Position numbers and translations under genes: made by a program
In this document: in pieces, positions 40,673 through 55,466 of the stretch
Position numbering within the stretch: position 1 is the first letter of the stretch
How the letters are laid out: each line of letters opens with the position of its first letter
The notes under the pieces: model-generated
The model's database searches: none
Told to the model about the DNA's origin: nothing
Seen by the model: only the letters and a program-made list of their open reading frames with translations
Assembly (NCBI GenBank): GCA_009602725.1
Contig: WELB01000007.1
Coordinates: forward strand, 687,697-751,696
DNA: 64,000 nucleotides
Source of the DNA: Spirogloea muscicola
Lineage: Eukaryota
Direction: 5' to 3'

Positions 40673-42188
40673 CTGTCAGCCGCAACCAGACATCGCAGCA
40701 ACATCTTCCGCGGGCGGCAGTGCGCTGACAGTAATCCATCGCTAAGTTAGTGTCTTTGTCACGGCCGCCATGTCGTTCGGCTTCTGGCGTTTTGAAGTGC
40801 AGGAGCCACAGCGCAGCTCACAGCCACAGCGCCGAGCTTCAATACTGATCATGTCAGCTGATCAGACTGATCAGAGCCACGGTCGCTCGCCGAGCGGGCA
40901 ATGCAGGCGCCTGCCGGGCTCGGCACAGTTACCCGCAGAGCGATGGCTGCCAGGATGGCCAGCAGGAGGTCCTGCCAGGGATCGCACCTTTGACAGAGCG
41001 CCGGAGGCCGCCATTGCGGCCGAGGGGTCTCCAGGAGCTGGCCCGCGCGGACGCCGGTCCCCCGTCGCTCGGCAGCCTCATCAGGATCCGCGGGCGCGGT
41101 CGACGCTCATGGCCGCGGGGCGCCGAGACCCGGGAGGGCCAAGCCGAGCGGGGCCAGGGCCCCGCGGTCGGCGCTCGCGAGCTCGCACTCGCTGCGGCGG
41201 CGAGGCCGCGGGGGGGGAGATCGGCCTCGGCCCGAGCGCGAGGCCAAGGGCCAGACNNNNNNNNNNNNNNNNNNNNNNNNNNNNNNNNNNNNNNNNNNNN
41301 NNNNNNNNNNNNNNNNNNNNNNNNNNNNNNNNNNNNNNNNNNNNNNNNNNNNNNNNNNNNNNNNNNNNNNNNNNNNNNNNNNNNNNNNNNNNNNNNNNNN
41401 NNNNNNNNNNNNNNNNNNNNNNNNNNNNNNNNNNNNNNNNNNNNNNNNNNNNNNNNNNNNNNNNNNNNNNNNNNNNNNNNNNNNNNNNNNNNNNNNNNNN
41501 NNNNNNNNNNNNNNNNNNNNNNNNNNNNNNNNNNNNNNNNNNNNNNNNNNNNNNNNNNNNNNNNNNNNNNNNNNNNNNNNNNNNNNNNNNNNNNNNNNNN
41601 NNNNNNNNNNNNNNNNNNNNNNNNNNNNNNNNNNNNNNNNNNNNNNNNNNNNNNNNNNNNNNNNNNNNNNNNNNNNNNNNNNNNNNNNNNNNNNNNNNCG
41701 CGCGCGCCCCCCCCCGCGCTCTCCCCTCCCCCCCTCCCCTCCGGGCGCACAGTCCCTTCCCGGCGGCCTCGCCTCGGAGCAGCCCCCACCCCCCGTTCCT
41801 CGGCCTGGCTCCATCCAGCGACCGGGAACCATGGCCATACCCACCGACGGTGCCGCGCCCAGTTATCTTCCCGTCGGGGGGCGCTCGCCTCGATGCACGC
41901 CGCCTTCCTTCCGCCTTCCTCGGTGTGCTTTTGGCGCCTTCTGGCCCTTTGGACCTCGCTCATCCTTTCTGGGCTGCCTCTGGCTCTGGGACCCACTTCC
42001 AGGAGCCTAGCTTCTCTGACATGAGGGTGCTTAGCAGGGGTTACTGAGTAATACGTAGCTGCTTTGTTTCTTGTTGTGCTTGTTTTTCTTAGCGCTTCCC
42101 CTGGCCCCATTCTCGTGCTTTGTTCCTTCCTTTTTGGGCTGGCTTTTCCAGCCCCTATCCTCAATGGGCGAGCTCTTTCTTCTTTTCT

Positions 42189-42308
42189 GGGCTGGCTTCT
42201 CACAGCCCCTTGGCCCCCATTGGGAGAGCCACTCTTCTCTCACACCCCCCGCCCCGTTTGGAAGAAGTGGCTCTCCCAATGGGGGCAAGGGCTGTGAGAA
42301 GCCAGCCC
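42189..42308. repeat. Near-perfect hairpin (about 48-bp arms, about 23-nt loop) ending in outward-facing family A dyads
   Basis: gggctggcttctcacagccccttggcccccattgggagagccactcttc ... gaagaagtggctctcccaatgggggcaagggctgtgagaagccagccc. Confidence 0.9.
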
Positions 42309-43007
42309 GAAATGAATTGACAAGGTTCGAAGGGGCCAAACTACGAGCTAAGCAGCGACTGCGGGGCCTGAAGAGGCTAAGTTTGGAAGGGCTCGCTCCC
42401 CCGTCGCTTCGCAGCAGCCTCTGGCTTGCGCAGCCGGGACGCTCGTCCTCCCCTCAGCTCATCGGACTTCCTTTCCCATTGCTGACACGGGGGTACTCAG
42501 AGCGCCCTGTCTGCCGAGCCTGTGGCTCCGCTGACATCTTCACGAGCACCCTCTGCATGCACCCGGCTGGCTTTTACAGCCGCTTTTTAAACGGCTACAA
42601 CATAAGCAGCCGCAGTCAATGCCCGGCGCGGCCATGGACTGGCAGGCGGCTCCCATCACGCCGTTGCGCAGATAACCTCTCAGCATCTTGCGACGCTTAG
42701 GACCCTCCTGTCCAGCGGGACGCCTTGAAGCCAGAGCTTTTCATGCTGTGCTTCACGGAGCTCAGGTGCGCAGTCTGAGAAGTCCGCCTCAAGAAAGAAT
42801 ACAAAAGAATGAGAAGTGCGAGGTGACCTTCAGCCTACCAAGGTCCACCGATGGAGGCCTCCCAACTCAGTGAGTGTTTGCATGTTTTTGCAGTGCTTGG
42901 CAGTGAGGGAGAGCGCCATTATGTCGCACGCCCAAAAGTCTAATAATTGTCAGAAAGAATATGTAACAAGATGAAGGGCCTTGAGCCTAAAACTATACAT
43001 CTAGGAT

Positions 43008-46000
43008 TCACTTGGGCAATGGGGTGCTCACGGGCTTTGCAAGGCCACTACTCTGTACTATGTGTTCCCCACCCAGCTGCCTTAAAAACCTGCTGTTACT
43101 TGGCGACGACGGCGAAACGGGGCGCAGCCTTTGCCGCCTCTTGAGGCAGCGCGCCGTCCAAAACCACGCAACCACAAGGCCGACCATGGCAGCCGACATG
43201 ACCAGGAAGCCGACCCACACCAAGCGCGCGGCGCGCTTGGCGCTGCTGCAGTCATGGTCCACAAGCAGGCTGAAGGAGTCCGTCACAAAGCGGCAGTTGG
43301 CCAAGTCCTCCATCAGTGGCAGCGTCGCCAGCAGTTCCTCGGCGGCTGCGGAGTAGACCAAGAACTGGCTGTACAGCGTCGATGGCACCGGAGTGCCCGC
43401 CAATGTGCATTGGGTCTGGTTGGTGCTATTGCATACCAATGGCGCCAGTATCTACACCAAAGCCGTGCAGGAGCCAAGGAGCACCATGCTATGATGTAGA
43501 TCAGAGCAGTCGGCAACATCTATCACATGAGCAGATCTCTTGCTTGCCATGGTCACTTTATGTAAGGCATGGATGTATTAGTTGTTGACAAACGTGACAA
43601 CCCACATTCATCTGCCATTCATCAGAACAAGCATCGTACCTGGGAGTAATTGCCAATTGGAAACATGTTGTTGCTGCAGGCAACATCGGCATAGGTCGGA
43701 GCCGGGCCAAACGGGTCGCATACTGTCGGGAGAAGTGTGGAGCCCTGTAATGACAGTACTGCGTTCTCCTGGGCAACGTAACCGTTGATCTGCAAGAAGC
43801 CATGGGGAGGAGGTTGAATGGACAATATGCTGCAAGCTAATAAGTTCGTTTGTACTGCTTGTACTGCTCTTTTGTACTTAGTACCACAACTCAGCGTGAG
43901 GAGATTGTGACGCTGCCAAATGTCTGCTAAATCCAAGACCTCAACCACAATCAAGAGAAGCAAGTGAGGTTCGCAAATTGTGTGTTGCTCACAGTGGCCA
44001 CATAGGATTTGACGCTGGCTTTGCTCCTCAGAAGAGCCGAGCGTGATGTCTGCAGGTCCACGCAGGGCAGCAGGGCGTCCAACGTCGTGTTGTACGTGGG
44101 GTTTGCCGAGTACTCGTCCATGGCTTCACAAGTGTCCCCAATAAGCCTGCGCACGGCAGGTACACGCGCATGCTGGTCATAGTCATGCAATCTGGAGACT
44201 CGCAAGCAACATTGGTGAGCTACAGATCTTGCACATAAGCTGAATATCACTTACGCTGAGAGCATCAGGCACACGCCAAAGAGGACCCATGCCAGGGCTG
44301 TCAACAACCATCCCAGAACAGCGAGGCTGCACAGACAAGGTGATGCAAGATTTAAATCACACAGTGACATGGTGAGGTCCAGATCTTCGCACGCGAATAT
44401 GTTGGCTGAGCTCTACGTGCAAGTTGTGAAGCTTGGTTCAGCTTACATCGGCAGGAGCGTTGTGATGCCACACAGAGCCGCCACTGCAAAAGGGACATGC
44501 CAGAAAGCACAGGCCATGCTTCAGCCGTGCCATAATGACCAATTGCATCAACGTTCACAAATTTGGCTGCTCACATTGAAGAGGACACGGAAGCATGACT
44601 GTGATAGTAGACTGGCCGTTTTTGCCTCTTGGATGGCATATGACTTACTCAGAGCAGCGAGCACAACGACCAAGTCAACAGCTGCAATCACAATGAGGGC
44701 AATCTCTCTGCACATGAAAACGCACTTCAAGCTGAGAGTAGTGCTGGCTATGCATGGTCTGAAGTGCGGCAGCCAATTCACCCTTTGCCTCTCTACTTGC
44801 TTGTTGTCTCGTGAACCCAAGATTGACTTTGAGATCCTGCTGTGGTCTCAATTATGTTAAGTACTGAGTAGCAGACCCACATGCCATTGAGAATGCTCTT
44901 GATGTTGTCCTTGTTCCGCCGCACTTCTCGCTCCAGCTTGTCGGCCTGGCTGTTGAGGTCCCGAGCAGTGCTGTTGACATCCGACCCAGAGCCGGATTCG
45001 AGGAGCTCTGCCAGCGACGAGGTGTTCTGAAGGACGGCCGAGATCGTCCGGATGTTGGCAGTGGTGTTGTCGGCCGCTCGGACGATCTCGTCAGTGACGT
45101 CGTTGGCACGATGACGGAGCCCCCGTGTGCCAATTGACAGTATAGCGATGCCGGCCCTGCAGATTACATCGAATTAGTCTCAAGAAGGGGAGCCATCAAG
45201 GGGGCCAGTATAAGATAATTAGGCACTTGTGAAGCTGTGTTTACTTCTGCAATGGTTACTGTCAGTGTGACGGTCGTTGCCACTATTCAGACGGTGCTGC
45301 AAGCTAGCCGCGTTTGCAGGCTCACAGGGCGACGGCAGTGAGCAGGATGGTCAGGAGGAGGGCCCAGATGTACGGCGCGCTCTCGGGCTCCTTGCCTTGC
45401 CTCCACTCCTTGGGGGAGCGGCGGCAGCAGCAGCAGCACAGGAGCCCGAGGACGGCGAGGGCGCCGAGCAGCAGCCACAGCGCTCCCGCGGCGTACCCCC
45501 AGATGCCGAGGAACGCCAGCGACTGCAGGAGCGACGGGCGGCGCCCACACCCACAAGCCGCCGAAGGTCAGACCAGAGCCATGTACACAAAGGAGCAGAA
45601 CTGATGTAAGCTCCGGCGGCCGAGATCACGGCCAGTCGGAGGACGGACTATTGGTTGTCAGCAGCTTGCAATCTAGGGAGGGAGAGAAGGAGGGAGGAGG
45701 GGTGGCGGAAGGTCGCGCACCCCCCAGTAGTGTTTGCTCCGAGGGTCGTAGCCGCCGCGGTAGTACTTGAAGCCGTCGAGGGGGTCGACGCGCCTCTTCA
45801 CCGCCAGCAGCTGCACGCCAGCAGCATCCACTGCCGGCGTCGGCGGCGGCGGCGACGTCGCGGCCGCCGCCAGGGGGCCGGTGGCCTGCAGCAAGCTCCT
45901 CGCGCCCGCTGCGTGGAGCTCATCACCTGTAAGAGCTCAACGCCGCGAGCGAGCTGACGAGCTCAGCCGCTTGGGACACGACGGGGCTCCGCAAGGCTCC

Positions 46001-46198
46001 ATGGCGGCCGCGAGAGCTCGGGCCTGTGAGACAGTCAGGCGGGGCTGGCCGAGATGCGCCAGGAGTCGGCTAATTGCCTTGTGAGAGCTCGCCCAGAATG
46101 AGGTCGTGCCCCGGCGGCTGGTCGCCAAGGTCCGCGGCGGACGCCGCGGCCCACAGGAGGAGGCATGCTGGGAGAAGCAGCCGCCGCGGCGTCGGCAT
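43008..46198 (-). CDS. Plant tweety-like multi-pass membrane protein, about 10 exons
   Basis: Signal peptide MPTPRRLLLPACLLLWAAASA, RRVDPLDGFKYYRGGYD..SKHYW, DTCEAMDEY..NP...TLD.LLPCVD, CDPFGP, L.DLANC.FV, and a C-terminal TM helix. Confidence 0.85.
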
Positions 46199-46589
46199 GG
46201 CTCGCCTCCCCCGCCGTCCCTGGCCGGCGCCTCCGGCAGAAGCGCGGCAAGCGCGGACTTGGGCACCCCGGCTTCACTCGGAGCGAGCCGCCAGGCGCGC
46301 TCCCGGCAGCGGCTCGCGGCTCCGCGGCACGGCAGCTGCGGGGTTTTTTGTGGGCCCCCGGGAGCTGCGGGCTCGCTGCGCGCCGGCGGCGGTGGCAGCG
46401 GCGGGGCCGCCGAAGTTGGGCGGTGCTGGCGCGCCGCGTCTTGGGCTGCGGCGGGGCAATGCGGGCCCGCAGGAGCTTCGTTGGGGGAGGGAGCGAGCTC
46501 GGGATGGCAGCCAGCTCCGCGTCCATGGAGGGCTGTTGAGGGTTGACCCGCCTGCCGGGGGAGCCGGGCCCCGCGGGGAGGAGGGGGGN

Positions 46590-46956
46590 AGGCGGGGGAG
46601 GAGGGCGGTTTGGGGGGGGGGGGAGGGAAGGTGCGCGGGGAGCGGGGCGCGGGAGTTGGGGTGGGCCCCCAACCCCGTCCTGGCTCTGCTGCGACCACCC
46701 GGCTGCAACGCGGCAACGGCCTCGCGACGAGATCCAGGATTCCGCGCCGGTGGCCCGCCCCGTTGCTCTCGGCTCTGCTGCCCGCATTCCCGAACACTGC
46801 TGCCCGTGCCTCCAGCCGTCTTCCACCTTTCGATGACGCGCCTCCCCCCGGCTTTCCGGATGCCGCGCCCGAGCATCGCGCGAGCCCCCGCCGCCGTGGA
46901 AGTTGCGCGCCAAGTACGGCGCCGCACGGCAGACCAGCCAACGGAACGGCGACCAT
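46590..46956 (-). CDS. Possible first exon with a plastid transit-peptide-like sequence (MVAVPLAGLPCG...), remainder lost at the single-N join at 46589
   Basis: Ala/Arg/Ser/Gly-rich frame with few acidic residues, head-to-head with the gene at 47086. No recognisable domain. Confidence 0.35.
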
Positions 46957-47020
46957 ACTCGTGGTCACGTTGACGGCGACGGCGCTTCACCCGCCGGCTT
47001 CCGCGGGGCCGAGCTCCGCC

Positions 47021-47051
<31 letters not shown>

Positions 47052-47085
47052 CGACCGGACCGGGCATGACCACTCCGCCGCGGCG

Positions 47086-48208
47086 ATGGCGCTCGTGGAC
47101 TACGGCCCCGGCTCGGACTCGGAGCCCGACGAGGACGGCGCCGGCGGCGTCGCCCCGCCAGGGCCTCGGCCGCCTCCTGCAGCGCAGCGCCTGAGGTCTG
47201 CACATGCTTTGGCCGCACTCTGCGCGCAGCCGTATCGAATGCCTTGTTAGGATATCAAGTTCATTCATCAGGTATCAGGGTACCAGGGCGCGGGGTTTGG
47301 GAGTTAGTGTCGGAGGTGTTGGTCTTGGTCCACCTTCGCTTGCGCTGGGTTTGCATTGTCGTCGGCATCGACAGCGTCGTGGCATAACATTGGGTTGCCT
47401 CGGAGACTCCTCTGCTCTGACATCGCCACGTTCGGCTGCCCGGAGTCGCAGGCCTACAGCGTCCACGCCGGCAGCGCCGGCCGCGCCTCCAGCCCCTCCG
47501 TCGGCTCCCGCCGTGGTCCTCCCCGACGCGGCCACCCTCTTGGGTCCGCAGGAGCACGTCTACCAGAGCCAGCAGCAGTCTCGGAAGCGCGGCGAGCCCA
47601 ACGGCCGCAGCGCCGCGGCGCATCAGCTCAGCAAGCTGCCGCGTGGCCAGCTGCTGCCACCGCGAGGCGCACCGGGCGCCATGCAGGGGCTACTGCTGCC
47701 GCCCCAGCTCAGGGGCCGGTGAGTCTCACACCATCCGCCTGAAGGTCTACTAGTGGCAAAATCTGCAGTCAAACATGTTGCCTGAGGCCCTTAAGCCCAA
47801 TTCTTAACCTCAGCTTGAAGCTCAACATGTGACCCCTAAATGCCAGAGCCTAGGCTCCCTGTGGTCCTCCTCCTTCCTCTGGGGCTCCATTTTACCCTCC
47901 CTGCAATCACTTCTCTCTAGCCTAGCCTGCGCCACGCTTCACGGATGCAGAAATCTGCAGATTGATTGACAGCACGCGAGCCTGTTGACTTTGTTGACAC
48001 CTCCATATTTCGCTTCTCGGCTAGTCTCAAAACCACAACTGTTAGACATCTGATCTAAACTCTCTAGCCCTGATCCTGTGTGAGACGCAAAGACTGGCAC
48101 TTCAGCAGCATCAAGGCCAGAGTTGAGTTGACTTGACCTCCTTGCCTGTGCAGGAGTAATGTCGCCACCGAGGACCTGGACAAGCTCTTCGTCCGCCGGC
48201 CGCAGTAG
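47086..48208 (+). CDS. Small uncharacterised conserved-type protein, 3 exons
   Basis: MALVDYGPGSDSE... LPDAATLL... LLLPPQLRGR|SNVATEDLDKLFVRRPQ*, with canonical GT-AG junctions at about 47195/47452 and 47718/48154. Confidence 0.75.
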
Positions 48209-48672
48209 CTCCACTCATTGACGGGCTGGCATGCGCACAGGCCGCTGGCGATTCCGCAGCCTTTTCCGGCAGCCGCGGTATAAGGGGCCAAATGTGCAGC
48301 TGCTGGTGCCATGCTTGTACCCCGTCACAGGCGGCCGACACTAGTACGTGTACTTGCCATTTCTTCTTACTTGGCCGCTCTGCCATTTATCTTAGTACGC
48401 GCCGTTCCCTCAGCTAGCCGACAGCATTGCTGCTGTTCTAGCGCCGCCTCGTGTTAGAGTGTTTTTGCAGCGTGCTTAGGCACATGCTCTGGACCAGAAA
48501 GCTGGGCAAGCTCTAGTTGGTTGGCGGTGGGGGCTTGGAATTTGCCATCTGCTATTCGAGCATGCTTTAGCGACCTCTGTGTCAATCTGCTGCTAGTGCG
48601 CCTGGCATAGCAGGAGGTGGTCAAGTGCTTGCCAGTGTACTATATGGCTTTGGCCCTCTGGCTCTCTGGCAA

Positions 48673-48812
48673 TCTGTCCCTCTGTCCCTCTGTCCCTCTG
48701 TCCCTCTGTCCCTCTGTCCCTCTGTCCCTCTGTCCCTCTGTCCCTCGGCCACTCTGTCCCTCTGTCCCTCTGTCTTCTGCCCTCTGACCATCGTTCCTGT
48801 GTCCCTCTATCC
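48673..48812. repeat. 8-bp minisatellite (TCTGTCCC)n
   Basis: tctgtccctctgtccctctgtccc... with more than 10 units, degenerating towards the right. Confidence 0.95.
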
Positions 48813-48963
48813 CTCTTATCTCTGGTTTTGGCAGATGAGGTTTGCCTCACTCGGCTGACGCTGCCCGCCATGACCAAACGATGCATTGTCTTGGAAGAGT
48901 GTCGCCCTGTACAAGACCCCTGACAAATATGGCCAGCCAGTCACCTGCTCTCACCATGCACAC

Positions 48964-50654
<1,691 letters not shown>

Positions 50655-50733
50655 NNNNNNNNNNNNNNNNNNNNNNNNNNNNNNNNNNNNNNNNNNNNNN
50701 NNNNNNNNNNNNNNNNNNNNNNNNNNNNNNNNN

Positions 50734-50816
<83 letters not shown>

Positions 50817-53678
50817 CTTCCGGCGCTGGTCGACGCCGGCCTTCGCGACGCTGCCGCGGCGAGCGGCCCCCGCCCCCGCCTGCGCGCGAGCCTGTTCCGT
50901 GGCTCCTGAGCCGCCGGCTCCGCAGGCGGCCGCCGCCACCGCCGCTGTCGCCGCCGCCGCCGCCGCCGCCGCCGCCGTCGGGGCTGGCTATGTGGTCGTG
51001 AACTTCTACCACCTCGTGGCGCTGGACGACCCCCTGGCGGTCGTCCACGCCCATCGCGCCTTCGTTCAGGTCGACGCCGCTACGGCCGTCATGGCACATT
51101 CCTCAAGGCCGCCCGCCTCGCGCGATGCTCTGCCGCTCAAGCTGAGGGGCGGCTTCGTGAGGGGCGCTCATTACTCATTGGGCACGGCCGGGTTGTGTTC
51201 GCTTCAGGACGTCTCACACAGTCCTGCGAGCTCTCGCTCGTTGCAATGCGGTTTCAGGGCCGCGACCTGGCGGGCCGGATCTACATCAGCGAGCAGGGCA
51301 TCAATGCCCAGGTGCGAGGGCACACCCTCAGGAGGAGCTCGCCGTTGTGTATGATCGCTGCTGCCCTGCACGATGGGCTCAGCCCACACTGCGAATCGGT
51401 GATCTGTAATCTGTAATGAGTGATCAGTAGTCTGTAACCAGTGCCCTGCACTCGGCCATGGACTTCTTTGGGACCGTCGTGCAGTTCAGCGGGCCCCATA
51501 AGGATACGAGCGAGTACATGGCCTTTGTGAAGGAGGATCCCCGCTTTGCCGACTTGCTCTCGCACTCCTCTGCGTCTCCGCAGGGGCATGCGTTCCCCCG
51601 CTTGAAGCTCCGGTACAAGCCGTCGCTCGTCCAGGTATGGTGACCGCCAACAGGCATCCACTCGTAGCCCTCCCCAATGATGCTCTCCACATCACATTTG
51701 CCATTTGTCGGATGTCATCACACCACCCATTTGTTCAACACACTCCAATGGGTGGTCGTTAGCTCTTGAGCAGGTCGATGGCGGCTGCGAACGACTCTGT
51801 GTTACGGATGCTGCTGAGCGGGCAAAGCCGCTGAGTCCGGCGGAGTGGAGGCAGAAGCTACAGCAGAGCCAGCAGCTTGACGGGGAGAGCGGGGCTCGAG
51901 GGGGTGCTGGCGGGGCCTCAGCGGGACCTGACGATGCAGATGCCGACGATGAGGCCCGAAGCAAAGAGGGACGCGTGCACGGCGTCGCCAGACGAGTGCT
52001 ACTTCTCGATGTGCGGAACGGTGCGAATGGTCTGCTCGTCCGTAGGTGCTCTATGGGATTGGAGAGTCCTGATGAGATTCCTAATCTAATTCTGCCGAGC
52101 TTCATGCGCAGCACTGTCTTGCTTCGCAACTGGCAGCTGTGCTCATTGAGGATCTGTGACGCAGGGTATGAGTGGGACATCGGCCACTTCCAAGGGGCAG
52201 TGAGACCAGAAGTTGACTGCTTCCGGGAGACTGATTTTGGGCTGTCGGAGGATCATGGCAAGGTGGGCTCCAGATCCAACCTCGATCTTCCTCAAAAAGA
52301 TTTATGGTTTGAAGAGCATGTTGGACTTCTAATCCCTGTGTGGGCTGAGAATGATCCATTCACTGGGTTGCCTTGTGATATCATCGGCCTTGCCAGATCA
52401 AGCGTCCCAGCAAGCCTCCTTCTGCTGTTCTACTTGAACCCCTTTTCCATGTATCCTGGAGCTCTGGGGTTTAGCCAAGGTCCTGCCTGTGCGTCCATCC
52501 TTTTGCTGCAGACAGTGGACGGGGGAAAGAAGTGCGATCCATTGGAAGGAGTTGACAAGCAGAACACTGATGTGCTGATGTACTGCACGGGCGGCATCCG
52601 CTGCGATGTCTACTCCACCCTTCTGAGGTGAGGTAATGTGTGTGAAGGAAAGCACCCACTGGACAACAGATTGTGATCATTGACGTTGTACTAGCAATGC
52701 CCCGGCAGCGTTGTCCTATACATAGAAGAATAGCGCTTCCAAATTGACTTGTGGCTGTGAGAGGCCAGCCCAAAAGATTGGGCATACATAAGCTTCAGAA
52801 TGACGGCCTCTTATAACAGATGTTGGCTCCAAAAATGCACAGAGCGAGGGGCTTCAAGAATTTGTACTCGCTGAACGGCGGCGTGGCGGCCTACTTGAGA
52901 GAAGACTCGGCACACTGGATTGGCAACCTCTTCGTCTTTGATTCCCGTCTGGCAGTCCCTCCGCATTTTTACAGGATAGCTGCCCAAGAAGGTCATGATG
53001 ATGGCTTGTCATCTCAGGGCTCTCCACTGGAACTTGAGCATGGGTTTGCCCAGCAAGGCCTAAAGTCTGCAAGGTGCCAGCTTTGTGGCTCGTGCATGGC
53101 GGAGCCCCGACACCGGAACTGTGCCAACCTGGACTGCAACAAGTTGTTCCTGTGAGGCCTGCTCCCCCTTATCCAGCATGGCTTGCAGCTGTCGAGGCCT
53201 TCAATTGCACATATTAGCCCTCTCTAGTCACTGCCTCACATTCAGGGGTGCTGGTAGATTGGTTAATACCAAGTCAGCTGCATTTTCTCTCCACCTCCTG
53301 TCCTCCCTTACTTGTGCTGTTGAAGGCAAGAAGACGTCTAATTTGAGCTCAGTGGAATACAGGGCTTGTGCAGACTGTGCTTCACAACATCAAGGTTGCT
53401 GTCAGCCTGCTTGCATGAACGCGCGCCGACTTCGGCCCTTTGGAGCCGACTGCCTGCAGCCGTACTCTCGGTGGCACCACTACCGTGCACCTCCTGCTCC
53501 TAGGCTGCCAGGCTTGGATACCCGGCGTGCTCGGAGGAGACGCTTGCGACGAAAGAGAGCCATTCTTGACCTTGATGCAAAGAGGGAGGACCATGGTGGC
53601 CATCCAACAGAACTGCTCAACAGCACTCAGCACCCTGAGAATCCAATAACATCAAGCATTAGTATAGCCACAACCTGA
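50817..53678 (+). CDS. Rhodanese-like domain protein (STR8/TrhO-UPF0176-like); 5' end in the gap
   Basis: VVNFYHLV.L.DP, GRIYISEQGINAQ, FPRLKLRYKPSLVQ, LLDVRN|GYEWDIGHF.GA, MYCTGGIRCDVYS, LYSLNGGV..YL, NLFVFDSR, HRNCANLDCNKLFL. Confidence 0.9.
52729..52777 (+). repeat. Family A copy inside an intron of the rhodanese gene
   Basis: aatagcgcttccaaattgacttgtggctgtgagaggccagcccaaaaga matches 4636-4684 and 27114-27162. Confidence 0.85.
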
Positions 53679-54920
53679 GCTGCTGACTTGACCTTCCCCC
53701 CAGCTCACAACTGCTGTAAGCCAACCCGTCAAGGATATGACTAGTCATGAAGCCCAATCGGGCTTGACTTTCAGGAATTATGACTGACTTTGAGCAGCTA
53801 TGATCTGCTAGGATGAAGTCCTAGAGGTCGTCCCATCACATTGCATGCCAACCATACTCGATATCGAGAGATTTTGGCAGTTTCAGTAGGAGCTTCATTT
53901 GTCGAGCTATGTAGGACAAGCAAGGAAAGTGGCGCTTGCAGCTGAAGGAGCTCCTTAAGAGAAAGCTAATTGCAGGATCATCTTATACTCTGAGCTTAGG
54001 AGGTGTCCTGACGAGTCAAGAGCCCTAAGTAGCCCCTAATGCGCATGTCGCTTCTGCCACCTTTTGTCAGAAAGTCCGTGTAAGCTTAGAGGTGGGCTCC
54101 AGGTGGTGAAGTGGGTGCAACACATACTGCTGACGAAGGTGGTCTGCCAAAGGTCTGCAAATTTTGGAGAGCGGCTCAGACACGCACAAATATGTATGTC
54201 CGCAGCGCGGCTGCTGTGGGCGCCTCAGCATCGAGAAACTGTTTGCCGTCATCACAGCCAGCCCTCGCTGTTGCTCAACCTGCGGATGCTCGTCTGACAA
54301 TGTGAGCCTTTGCTACCCAATTGAGCGAGTAGGACGTCTGTAACCGACCACAGCCCTCACCATCAGTTGCGCGCGCCTGCTCTACTGAGCCCTGGGACTG
54401 ACTGACTGACTTGTGTGAGCCCCATTGTTCCACCTTCTTGGTGAAGCACGTGCACCTTACTCTGCTTTCGAAGCCTAATATCAGCCGGCCACATCGTCTC
54501 TCTAGCTGGTATCACATATCTCCGGGCTGTATAGGAGCACGGGAGCGGAGTGCGAGGCAGACGCCCAAGTGACTGTGCTCCCACCAATGGAGCCGCGGAA
54601 TCTACCAGCTAGCAGCTTAACTGGAGGCCGAAGTGCGAAACCACCTGAGACGCGTCCCGTCGCCGAACCGACTGCTACAACCTGCACCCTGGAGTTTCGG
54701 CTTGAAGCGTGGACAGCGCCCACGGCGCCCTCAAGCCTGCCCCGTCGTGCCAGGCCCTGCCGGACCAGCGAGACCCGACGAGCACCTACGAGAGTCCGGC
54801 GCTCCTCCTCGAAGGGTTCCCCACGCCGCCACATCGCGAGAAAGCGGGAGACCAAGGCGGCGTCCGTCGGGCTGCCGCGCGGCGGCCCTGCGGCAGGCGG
54901 CCAGCGGCGGCTCTGGCTGA

Positions 54921-54959
54921 AGGGTTTAGGGTTGAGGGTTTAGGGTTTAAGATTAGGGT
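54921..54959 (+). repeat. Interstitial plant telomeric (TTTAGGG)-like tract / telo-box cluster
   Basis: agggtttagggttgagggtttagggtttaagattagggt, about five degenerate heptamers. Confidence 0.75.
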
Positions 54960-55466
54960 GTCGTGGTTAGGCGGTCGGCCCTCGTCCGCGCGAGCGAGAG
55001 CGCATGGACGCTTAAAGCTCCGGCGCAGGCAGCCGCCGCCGCGCCAGGCCTGCCGCCGCGGCGGCGGTCTGGCGCTGCCGGTCAAGGCCGCCACGCCGGG
55101 GTCCCCCGCGTCGCACTGCCCGCCGCGCTTCCCGCCGCACTTCCCGCCGCATTTCCCGAGGCGCTGCGCGGCGCGCGGCGGGACCCGCGGGGGGCGCCGT
55201 CCTCTGGAGGTGTTTGCGGGCGGGGACGGGACGGGGCGGCACGTTGGGCAAGGCCGGCCGCTCCGCGCAGAGGATCCCCCACCCGGCCGCCGCCTTTCTG
55301 GATATCGCCCGACGCGCCATCGCCAGTCGCCGCGTTTCGAAACTGCAATCCGCCGCCAAGAATCTAAGAAATAGGCTGATTGTTTCGGCCAGGAGCGCCC
55401 GAGCCGCGCGCCGCATTGCGCGGCGGCTCTCGCGGCGGCTCTCGCGGCGCGCCCGCGGCGCCGGCC

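Noticed and set aside
40770..42203. Long ORFs spanning the 41257-41698 gap
   Set aside because: Their length is inflated by Ns, and the flanks show no domain.
42290..42340. tRNA-derived SINE interpretation of family A (A-box-like TGGCTGTGAGAGG, B-box-like GGTTCGAA)
   Set aside because: The B-box lacks the conserved downstream TCC and is absent in most copies. No cloverleaf or A-tail.
53700..54900. Short palindromes and ORFs between the STR8-like and CURT1-like genes
   Set aside because: No repeats elsewhere in the window and no recognisable protein motif.
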